A stretch of 53,546 nucleotides of DNA from Candidatus Kuenenbacteria bacterium RIFCSPHIGHO2_02_FULL_39_13 (GTDB taxonomy: Bacteria; Patescibacteriota; Patescibacteriia; UBA2196; GWA2-42-15). Below, one piece after another: positions 25,438-33,794 of this stretch (its first letter is position 1; every line of letters starts with the position of its first letter). The stretch is taken from NCBI GenBank assembly GCA_001783595.1, contig MFMW01000029.1:1-53546 (forward strand), in the 5' to 3' direction. The notes below the pieces were generated by a model. That model ran no database searches and had not been told where the DNA came from. It saw nothing but the letters and a program-made list of their open reading frames with translations. A program made the position numbers and the translations under genes.

Positions 25438-26361
25438 TTACTTCCGTTTGAGTAGATAATTATAGGCCGAGAGCGCTGTTTTGACGCCATCGCCTGCGGA
25501 AATGTTGTTTTGTTTGTACTTTTCATCAGTCACATCGCCGGCGGCAAATATGCCTGGGTGGGAAGTAGTTCCAGTTTTATGGTCAATAACTATTTCAGCG
25601 CGCTCATTTAAATCAACTAAATCTTTGACAATTTCAGAATTAGGAACCGCGCCAATTTCCACGAAAACACCCTGGACATCTATGATTTTTTCCTGGCTGG
25701 TTTTTTTATCTCTGTACTTGAGACCAGTGACAAATTGCTCACCGATAATTTCCACCGTTTCAGCATCAAGAATTATTTGTTTTAGTTTTTTTGATTTTTT
25801 TACAGCTTCAATGGTAATTGTATCGCCTCGTAATGCTTCACCATGAGTTAAAAGATAAATTCGAGCGGCGTAAGGAATTAAATCCTGAACTGCTTCAAGG
25901 CCGGCATTGCCGCCGCCCACCACCGCCACTGCTTTGCCGGAAAATAACGGGCCGTCGCAAGTGGAACAATAGACCACGCCCTTGCCGTCAAATTTTTTCT
26001 CGCCAGGGACTTCCAATTTTCTGCGGCGGGCGCCAAGGCAAACAATAATTGCCTTAGTCTGGTATTCATCTTTATTAGTGGTAACTAAAAATTCTTGCCC
26101 AACTTCTTTGACTGCTAAAACTTTTTCCGGCATTTTAATTGCCACGCGCTTTTGGGCGCGCAAATGCTCTTCCAAATTTTTAGCCAAATCCAAACCAGAG
26201 ATTGACTGTGTGCCAATCCAATTTTGAATATTATCAGAAACAAGGGACTGACCGCCAAATTCTTGGGTAATTAACAATGTCTTTAATTTTTTTCTGGCCG
26301 CATAAACTCCAGCAGCCACGCCAGCCGGCCCTCCGCCTAAAATTATTATGTCGTACATCAT
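25438..26361 (-). CDS. trxB: thioredoxin-disulfide reductase-like flavoprotein
   Basis: 307 aa. FAD motif GGGPAGVAAGVYAAR, redox motif CSTCDG, second dinucleotide motif GGGNAGLEAV, and FAAGDV. Confidence 0.85.
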   Translation of the reverse strand: MMYDIIILGGGPAGVAAGVYAARKKLKTLLITQEFGGQSLVSDNIQNWIGTQSISGLDLAKNLEEHLRAQKRVAIKMPEKVLAVKEVGQEFLVTTNKDEYQTKAIIVCLGARRRKLEVPGEKKFDGKGVVYCSTCDGPLFSGKAVAVVGGGNAGLEAVQDLIPYAARIYLLTHGEALRGDTITIEAVKKSKKLKQIILDAETVEIIGEQFVTGLKYRDKKTSQEKIIDVQGVFVEIGAVPNSEIVKDLVDLNERAEIVIDHKTGTTSHPGIFAAGDVTDEKYKQNNISAGDGVKTALSAYNYLLKRK

Positions 26362-26370
26362 ATTTTTAAT

Positions 26371-26415
26371 ATTAACCCCTTATTAATAATTGGGGTTAAC
26401 TTAATTTATTTTAGC
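26371..26415. repeat. copy 2 of the ~45-nt hairpin element
   Basis: 32 nt are identical to 17312..17343. Lies in the divergent trxB / rpsF spacer. Confidence 0.85.
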
Positions 26416-26536
26416 ATATATTTCCTTTTCCAGCAATAATAAATAAAAAGCGCGCAATTGGTCTATTGCCTTTTTGCACTTGCATTATTTTATCTCCTAT
26501 GCTAATTTAAACTAATATAAATTAAGTATCTTATCC

Positions 26537-27007
26537 ATGTCCCAAGAAACAGCCAAGGATTTAAAAGAATATGAAATTCTTTATTTTCTATCTATCAACT
26601 TAAGTCCTGATGAAATTCAGACGGTTAAAGGCAAGATCAATGAGCTAATCGCCAAAGCCGGCGGCGTCATAGTCAGAGAAGATGATCTTGGCAAACGCAA
26701 ATTAGCCTACATGATTAAACGTGCCAGGCATGGCCACTATCTACTTTCTGTTTTTAAAGCTCCAGCGGCTGAAGCAAACTCAATTAATCATGAGCTAGAA
26801 CTCATGCCCGAAATCTTAAGGCACAAGCTAGTGCGCAAAGAAGATATTAAAACTGTCAGCATCAAAGAAGCTGGTGAATACAAAAAAACAAGCGCCAAAC
26901 AGGCGGACCAAGAGGGGCTAAAATCCAAAAGCGACAAAAAAACCAAGGTTGACACTAAAGAGCTGGACAAAAAAATTGATGAGCTCTTGTCTGAAGATAA
27001 CATATAA
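26537..27007 (+). CDS. rpsF: 30S ribosomal protein S6 with Lys/Asp-rich C-terminal extension
   Basis: YEILYFLSINLSPDEIQTVKGKINELI...RKLAYMIKRARHGHYLL. In rpsF-ssb-rpsR synteny. Confidence 0.9.
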   Translation: MSQETAKDLKEYEILYFLSINLSPDEIQTVKGKINELIAKAGGVIVREDDLGKRKLAYMIKRARHGHYLLSVFKAPAAEANSINHELELMPEILRHKLVRKEDIKTVSIKEAGEYKKTSAKQADQEGLKSKSDKKTKVDTKELDKKIDELLSEDNI

Positions 27008-27039
27008 TTTTCTAAAGCTAAGACAACATTACCAATTAA

Positions 27040-27513
<474 letters not shown>

Positions 27514-27523
27514 ATAAATAACT

Positions 27524-27742
27524 ATGAATCAAACCACCACTGATAAACATTGCCACTTCTGCGTCAATCAGCTGGACAAAGTTGACTGGAAAGATATCCC
27601 CACTCTCCAGCGCTTTATGTCGCACTATAACCGCATTGTCCCTGGCAGGCGCACTGGGCTGTGCGCGAAACACCAAAGAAAAGTTACGCGCGCCATTAAA
27701 CGGGCAAGAGAAATGGGCCTAATGCCCTTTGTCAGAAAATAA
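27524..27742 (+). CDS. rpsR: 30S ribosomal protein S18
   Basis: 72 aa. RTGLCAKHQRKVTRAIKRAREMGLMPF. Confidence 0.93.
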   Translation: MNQTTTDKHCHFCVNQLDKVDWKDIPTLQRFMSHYNRIVPGRRTGLCAKHQRKVTRAIKRAREMGLMPFVRK

Positions 27743-27747
27743 CATTT

Positions 27748-28308
27748 ATGCTCAACTACACTGATCTTAAGGTTGGCACGGTATTTAAATTTGCAGGTGA
27801 TCCTTATCAGGTAATTAAATCCTCTCATCTTAAAATGGGCCGCGGCGCCGCTGTGCTGCAAACTAAAATCAAAAACTTAAAAAACGGCAGTGTGCTGGAA
27901 CGGAACTTCAAACAAGCTGACAAATTTGAAAAAGCTGATGTAGCCAAGAAAAAAGCCGAATTTCTCTACAGCCAAGGCGATAAATGCAATTTCATGGATG
28001 AAAATTACGAACAATTTTTTATTGAAAAATCAGTCATAGAAGCACAGTTGAAATTTCTTAAAGAATCAGCCAGTGTTAACGTATTATATTTTGACGGCTC
28101 GCCGCTTGGCATTGAATTGCCGCCTAAAATTGATTTGGCAGTAGTAGAAGCTCCGCCGGCAATCCGCGGCGACACTGCTCAAGGCTCCGTTACCAAATCA
28201 GTTAAACTGGAAACCGGCGCTGAAATCAATACTCCCATCTTTATTAAAGAGGGCGACATCATCCGTATTAACACCGAAACTGGAGAATATGTGGAAAGAG
28301 TCAAATAA
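27748..28308 (+). CDS. efp: elongation factor P (Arg32-type loop)
   Basis: 186 aa. KVGTVFKFAGDPYQVIKSSHLKMGRGAAVLQTKIKNL and three OB-like domains. Confidence 0.93.
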   Translation: MLNYTDLKVGTVFKFAGDPYQVIKSSHLKMGRGAAVLQTKIKNLKNGSVLERNFKQADKFEKADVAKKKAEFLYSQGDKCNFMDENYEQFFIEKSVIEAQLKFLKESASVNVLYFDGSPLGIELPPKIDLAVVEAPPAIRGDTAQGSVTKSVKLETGAEINTPIFIKEGDIIRINTETGEYVERVK

Positions 28309-28334
28309 AACCCGGCGTCAACCGGGTTTTAAAA
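28307..28334. terminator. bidirectional terminator between efp and recA
   Basis: AAAACCCGG / CCGGGTTTT stem flanked by A and T runs. Confidence 0.6.
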
Positions 28335-28338
28335 TACC

Positions 28339-28359
28339 TAGTTACTAATTACTAATTAC
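28339..28359. repeat. heptamer repeat TAGTTAC-TAATTAC-TAATTAC (reverse complement GTAATTA units)
   Basis: Counted directly. Overlaps the recA stop. Same unit family as 3634..3647. Confidence 0.8.
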
Positions 28360-29398
28360 CTTCTTCCTGCTTCACCTTGTCCCAAATCCTCTTGCCAATC
28401 TCTTTTAACAACTTACCATTCTGGCGCAAAAACATCTTAGCGTTTTCGCGTCCTACGCCTAATTTCTCATCACCGCCTGCTGTGTCAACAGGCGAGTAGG
28501 AATAAGAATTGCCAAGCTTATTAATTATCCCCTCGGCTACTCCCCGATCAAGTATGTCGCCGGCGATAGAAATCCCCTCATTATACATAATGTCAAATTC
28601 CGCAGTCTTAAACGGCGGCGCCACTTTGTTTTTGACTATTTTCATCTTAACCCGATTGCCAATAATTTTCTCGCCCATTTTAATCTGCGCCGCCCGCTTC
28701 AGCTCAATGCGCACTGACGCATAAAATTTCAAAGCCATACCACCAGTTGTTGTTTCTGGATTGCCAAAAACAATACCGATTTTTTGGCGCGTTTGATTTA
28801 AAAATATTACCGTGGTCTCTGTCTTTGATATAATGGCTGTCAATTTTCTAAGCGCCTGGCTCATCAGTCTTGCCTGAAGCCCCATATGAGATTGGCCCAT
28901 CTCTCCTTCAATTTCCGCTTTGGGCGTTAACGCCGCCACTGAATCAATCACAATCAAATCCACCCCGCCAGACCTGACCAAAGTCTCTACAATCTCCAAT
29001 GCCTGTTCGCCATTATCTGGCTGCGAAATTAAAAGCTCATCTACTTTAACTCCAGTCCTTTTAGCGTAATCAGGATCCAAAGCATGCTCGGCGTCAACAA
29101 ACGCCGCCACTCCGCCTACGCGCTGTACTGTGGCAATGGCGTGTTGCGACAATGTTGTTTTACCTGATGCCTCTGCCCCATAAATTTCAATCACTCTCCC
29201 TTTAGGCAAACCTCCCACACCCAGCGCCAAATCAATTGACAAACAACCAGTGGAAATCGCCGGCACTTTTAATTTTTTAATTTCGCCAAACCTCATAATT
29301 GCCCCTTCGCCAAACCTCTGTTTTATCTCCTCCATGGCTATTTCCGCCGCTTTCAATCTTTTTTGCCCCTCATCTTGATTTTCCTCATTTTTAACCAT
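28352..29398 (-). CDS. recA: recombinase RecA
   Basis: 348 aa. Walker [19 protein letters not shown], and the L2 loop region. Confidence 0.97.
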   Translation of the reverse strand: MVKNEENQDEGQKRLKAAEIAMEEIKQRFGEGAIMRFGEIKKLKVPAISTGCLSIDLALGVGGLPKGRVIEIYGAEASGKTTLSQHAIATVQRVGGVAAFVDAEHALDPDYAKRTGVKVDELLISQPDNGEQALEIVETLVRSGGVDLIVIDSVAALTPKAEIEGEMGQSHMGLQARLMSQALRKLTAIISKTETTVIFLNQTRQKIGIVFGNPETTTGGMALKFYASVRIELKRAAQIKMGEKIIGNRVKMKIVKNKVAPPFKTAEFDIMYNEGISIAGDILDRGVAEGIINKLGNSYSYSPVDTAGGDEKLGVGRENAKMFLRQNGKLLKEIGKRIWDKVKQEEGN

Positions 29399-29424
29399 AT
29401 AAACTAAATTAATTGCTAATTATT

Positions 29425-30093
29425 TTATTCCCCTACTATTATTCTCCGATAGACCGTCCTTGTCCTGCCGTATGACTTTTTTGCCTCAATCTTAATTACA
29501 TTTAACCCCTTATTCAAATCTATGTCAACCTCAAACCAACCATAGCCATCAGCCGTAATTTCTTGGTCATTCAGCCCGAGCCATGCTCCGCTGTCAACCT
29601 TGCCCATTATTTTAACATGACTGTTTAATGACACGAAATTATCAGTGGGATAAAGCACGTTTAACTCTGGCGGCCTTAAAAGCGACCAGACCTGAAACCC
29701 CAAATAAGCAATAATCCCCGCCACCGCCAAACCCAGAAAAAAATTACGAATTATTTTGGGCAAAACAATCAATCTCTTCTTGGATACTCCGAAACGTTCT
29801 ATCTGCCCGGCCAGCCAAATTTTTTGCCTTTTTATTTCCTCATAAAATTTTTTTTCCGCCTCCTGCCAATCCAACCCTAAAAAACCGGCATATTTTTTCA
29901 GCCAGTTTTTAGCATAAACTTCTCCGGGAATAATTTCATAATCATTGCTTTCTAAAGCCTCTAAATAATGCCTGGCTACCCCAATCTTTTTTTCCACTGC
30001 CAAAACACTTAAATTTACCCTTTTCCTTGCCCGCTCCAAATCCTCGCCTAAAGACTTTACCGTAATAATATTTTTCTGCTTAAAACGAATCAT
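29425..30093 (-). CDS. RodZ-like HTH membrane protein
   Basis: Start trimmed to MIRFKQKN (ATG at 30093), which removes the overlap with ftsK. N-terminal HTH LSVLAVEKKIGVARHYLEALE, one TM helix, and a C-terminal beta domain. Confidence 0.6.
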   Translation of the reverse strand: MIRFKQKNIITVKSLGEDLERARKRVNLSVLAVEKKIGVARHYLEALESNDYEIIPGEVYAKNWLKKYAGFLGLDWQEAEKKFYEEIKRQKIWLAGQIERFGVSKKRLIVLPKIIRNFFLGLAVAGIIAYLGFQVWSLLRPPELNVLYPTDNFVSLNSHVKIMGKVDSGAWLGLNDQEITADGYGWFEVDIDLNKGLNVIKIEAKKSYGRTRTVYRRIIVGE

Positions 30094-30106
30094 AGGCCTT
30101 AAAACT

Positions 30107-32407
30107 TCAAAATTTATATTTATCTTCCTCGGATTCTTCTTCCAGTGCGTCATCATCTTCAACCGCCTCAATTTCTTCTTCCTCTTCTTTAGATTTTCCA
30201 TCTTCTTCCTGAATAAAATCATCTGTTCCCCGTTGACTATCTTCCGGTTCTTGCTCCAATATTTCATCCGCTTGTTCAATTAAACTCCTTTCTCCTTTAT
30301 TGACTAATACTTCTCTTGGTTTTGAGCCGTCTGCCCTGCCAATGACACCTGCTTGCTCAAGCAAATCCAAAATTCTGGCGGCTCTGGCATAACCGATTCT
30401 TAATCTCCGCTGCAAATATGAAGCAGAGGCTTTGCCAGCTTCAATTACTAAATCTCTAGCCTCGCTTAAAAACTCATCGCCATTTTCATCAGGATAGACG
30501 TTCATTACTATCCCGCCAAGACCCAAAGTCGGCGTTTTTTCTACCACGCTTTCCTCATAATTTGGTTCGCCTCTCTCCCGTAAATATTGAACAACTCGCT
30601 CAATATCTTCATCGCTGCAAAAAGCGCCCTGAATTCTTCTGGGCTTGGAAATTTCAGCTGAAGTAAAGAGCATATCCCCTTTACCCAATAATTTTTCAGC
30701 TCCGGATACATCTAAAATCGTTCTTGAATCTGTCAGCGACGCCACCGCAAAGGCGATGCGGCCGGGAATATTTGCCTTAATCAATCCAGTGATAATATCT
30801 ACTGACGGCCGCTGGGTGGATAAAATCAAATGAATCCCGACCGCTCTGGACATCTGCGCCAGCCGAATAACTGCCGCCTCAACTTCAGCTCCGGCCACGC
30901 TCATCAAATCCGCCAATTCATCAATTATAAAAACAAGGTAAGGCAGTCTGTCTCTGGGATGAGTAATATTATAGCCCTGGATATTTCTTTTGCCGGCATT
31001 AGATAAAACATGGAACCTTCTTTCCATTTCGCCAATCGTCCATTTGAGCGCATTAATAATTTTCTTAACATCAGTAATCACCGGCGTCATCAAATGCGGA
31101 ATACCGTTATAACCAGGCATCTCTACCCGCTTGGGATCAACTAAAATAAATTTAAGTTCATCCGGCTGGTTTTGGTAAAGGAGTGAAATAATAATTGAAT
31201 TCAAACAGACTGTTTTACCGGAATTTGTCGCTCCGGCCACTAACAGGTGCGGCAAGTTTTCCAAATCAGCCAGCCAAGGTTTGCCAGTCACATCCTGGCC
31301 CAGGGCAATCGTCAAATTTGATTTCCTTTGTTTAAACTCCGGTGATTCTAAAACATGCCTCAACGGCACAATGGCAATTTTTTTATTTGGCACCTCAACC
31401 CCGACCAATGACTTGCCTGGAATCGGCGCTTCAATTCTGATGGGATGAGCTGCCAAAGCCAAAGCCAGATTATTACCCAGGCCAATAACCCGCGACAGCT
31501 TGACCCCTTCAGCCGGCCGAAAAGTATATTGCGTTACTGTCGGACCAATTGATATCTCGCCCATCTCCACCTCAATGCCAAAATTAACCAGTGTTCTTTT
31601 AATTATCTCCTGATAAAATTTAGTATCACCGGCTGTCGGTTTGCCAGCTTTGTTACTCATCAAACTCAAGGGAATATCAATTTTTGGATATCTTTTGCGC
31701 ACTGGCTTCTCGCGCGCCTCTGTTTCACCATTTTCATCTTCACTCTCTGGAGCTCGGCTAGGAATATCAGCGGACTCTTTTTTGCCATTATCAATATCAT
31801 GCTCTTCAAATTCAACTTCCTCTTCTTCGTTCTGCCCGTAATCTTCATTTTTCTCTTCTCTAAATCTGGAAAATAATCCTCCTGTTCTTTCCCTTAAGCC
31901 CTTTAAAAAAACTATATCAACTAAGCCGTTTAACATAAACAACAACCCGACTACAAAAACTGCAAAACTAACTACCATACCAGCCCAGCGACCCATCAGC
32001 TCAAAAAGAAGCCAAGCTAATGGGAAACCAATATAACCGCCTCCTGAACCAACCTTAATTGCTTCAGTTAAATTATTTGGATCTAAAGTAAAATGAAAAA
32101 AAGTGGAATAACCTATAATCGCAAGCAGAGTACCTGCCCAATTCAAATTACTAAAAAAATATTTCTTATTCCTGATTAAAAAATAAAGGATAAACGACAT
32201 CACTACGGGAAATATCCAAAAACCCCAACCAAACATATATTTTAAAACACTATAAAAGAACCGACCAAAAACACCAGCTTTATCAAAAATCGAAAAAAAA
32301 CTCAAAGCCGTAATCAAAAAAACAAGCACAATTATAACGCCCCTTTTAGTGCCAGATTCCATATCCGGCATATCAGGCAAACTAAATCTACGTCTTTTCC
32401 GAGCCAT
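30107..32407 (-). CDS. ftsK: DNA translocase FtsK/SpoIIIE
   Basis: N-terminal TM helices, Walker A GATNSGKTVCLNS, DELADLM, a gamma winged-helix (SASYLQRRLRIGYARAARILDLLE), and an acidic C-terminal tail. Start taken at MARKRRRF. Confidence 0.9.
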   Translation of the reverse strand: MARKRRRFSLPDMPDMESGTKRGVIIVLVFLITALSFFSIFDKAGVFGRFFYSVLKYMFGWGFWIFPVVMSFILYFLIRNKKYFFSNLNWAGTLLAIIGYSTFFHFTLDPNNLTEAIKVGSGGGYIGFPLAWLLFELMGRWAGMVVSFAVFVVGLLFMLNGLVDIVFLKGLRERTGGLFSRFREEKNEDYGQNEEEEVEFEEHDIDNGKKESADIPSRAPESEDENGETEAREKPVRKRYPKIDIPLSLMSNKAGKPTAGDTKFYQEIIKRTLVNFGIEVEMGEISIGPTVTQYTFRPAEGVKLSRVIGLGNNLALALAAHPIRIEAPIPGKSLVGVEVPNKKIAIVPLRHVLESPEFKQRKSNLTIALGQDVTGKPWLADLENLPHLLVAGATNSGKTVCLNSIIISLLYQNQPDELKFILVDPKRVEMPGYNGIPHLMTPVITDVKKIINALKWTIGEMERRFHVLSNAGKRNIQGYNITHPRDRLPYLVFIIDELADLMSVAGAEVEAAVIRLAQMSRAVGIHLILSTQRPSVDIITGLIKANIPGRIAFAVASLTDSRTILDVSGAEKLLGKGDMLFTSAEISKPRRIQGAFCSDEDIERVVQYLRERGEPNYEESVVEKTPTLGLGGIVMNVYPDENGDEFLSEARDLVIEAGKASASYLQRRLRIGYARAARILDLLEQAGVIGRADGSKPREVLVNKGERSLIEQADEILEQEPEDSQRGTDDFIQEEDGKSKEEEEEIEAVEDDDALEEESEEDKYKF

Positions 32408-32558
32408 AAATATCAATAATTTAGTTATTATATCTTCTATTTTAACACTTTTAATGATTTTCCACAACCAAACCGTAACTGATCAACCCAAAAAATCAAA
32501 AAATATCATAATCAAAAATCCCCAAATTATTATTGGGGATTTTAACACCTCATTAAAA

Positions 32559-33119
32559 TTATTGCGTAGCGCTAGCGGTATTATCTATCTTATACTGCAA
32601 GATTGCCTGGACTACTTTACCGCTATCTTTAAGCTCTTCAACAAAGATAACCTGATTATTGTTGATTTTCATATAGTCTTGAGGGCCGTGGAGCTCATTG
32701 CCTAATTTAACTAGGATTAATCGCGGCTGTTGGTCTGTACTTGATGGCGGCACTTGTTGAAGCGGGTCAGAAGCTTGTAAATAGTAGATATCCTCAAGCA
32801 AGGTGCTTTTGTCGCTTTGGTCTGTAATTTTGCCAAAATAGACTTGGCCATTGCTTAAAAAGACTGCGTGATAAACGTCTTTATTGTATTTTAAGCTGGC
32901 TGAATAGCCTTTATCGCCGAATAAACTGATGGCAGTGTATTGGTTAACTAAAAAACCAATCACCACAAGAATAACAACCACCACGATGACAGTCACAAAA
33001 GTTTTGGCGCCTTTAGAAGCATTGCCTTTAACTGGCCGCTTGTCTGCATCTTTGGCATTATCTGGAAGCTCTAGGCCGAAATCAGCCTTTTTAGCTTCTG
33101 TTTTAATATCCATAGCCAT
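32559..33119 (-). CDS. hypothetical single-pass membrane protein
   Basis: 186 aa. Charged N-terminus, TM helix (FVTVIVVVVILVVIGFLV), then a soluble domain. Confidence 0.55.
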   Translation of the reverse strand: MAMDIKTEAKKADFGLELPDNAKDADKRPVKGNASKGAKTFVTVIVVVVILVVIGFLVNQYTAISLFGDKGYSASLKYNKDVYHAVFLSNGQVYFGKITDQSDKSTLLEDIYYLQASDPLQQVPPSSTDQQPRLILVKLGNELHGPQDYMKINNNQVIFVEELKDSGKVVQAILQYKIDNTASATQ

Positions 33120-33232
33120 ATGAATTGCCTTTTTTATAGATATTTCAAAATCTATAAATTATTAATAATTAAAATTGACCTGATGCTATTATAACACAAC
33201 AAATATAACTTGAAAATGTGTATAAAACTATT

Positions 33233-33709
33233 TTATTTAATACTTAGAATTTTATATTTAACAAGCCCTTTAGGCGCTTGGAATTCCACGGTATCGCCTT
33301 TTTTACGGCCAAGGAATGCGCGGCCAATCGGCGATTCATTGGAAATTTTGTTGTTCAAGGGATCTGATTCATGACAGCCAACAATAGTGTATTCTTTTTT
33401 ATTGCCAAGCTCATTTTTAAATTTAACAGTTGAACCAACGTCCACAACATCATTGCCAGCAGCGCTTTTTTCTTCAATCACAACGGCATTTTTTATCACA
33501 TTATCAAGTTCGGCTATTTTCATTTCTAAAAAGGCCTGCTCATCTTTGGCAGCGCTATATTCCGCGTTTTCAGACAGATCGCCCAATTCTTTGGCTTCTT
33601 GAATACGTTCAGCAATGTTTTTACGTTCAATATTAATCAAATAACCAAACTGATCTTTTAATTTCTGCAAACCATCTGAAGTAATATAGGTTTTATTGTT
33701 GTCCGGCAT
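33233..33709 (-). CDS. greA: transcription elongation factor GreA
   Basis: YITSDGLQKLKDQ...ELGDLSENAEYSAAKDEQ and a C-terminal FKBP-like domain. Start at MPDNNKTY. Confidence 0.9.
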   Translation of the reverse strand: MPDNNKTYITSDGLQKLKDQFGYLINIERKNIAERIQEAKELGDLSENAEYSAAKDEQAFLEMKIAELDNVIKNAVVIEEKSAAGNDVVDVGSTVKFKNELGNKKEYTIVGCHESDPLNNKISNESPIGRAFLGRKKGDTVEFQAPKGLVKYKILSIK

Positions 33710-33794
33710 AGTCGCCACATTAAATAACACTTTTTAAGTATATAGTTGAAATAATAATATATATTAATATTTGTGTCAAGCGCAAAATTGAGGT

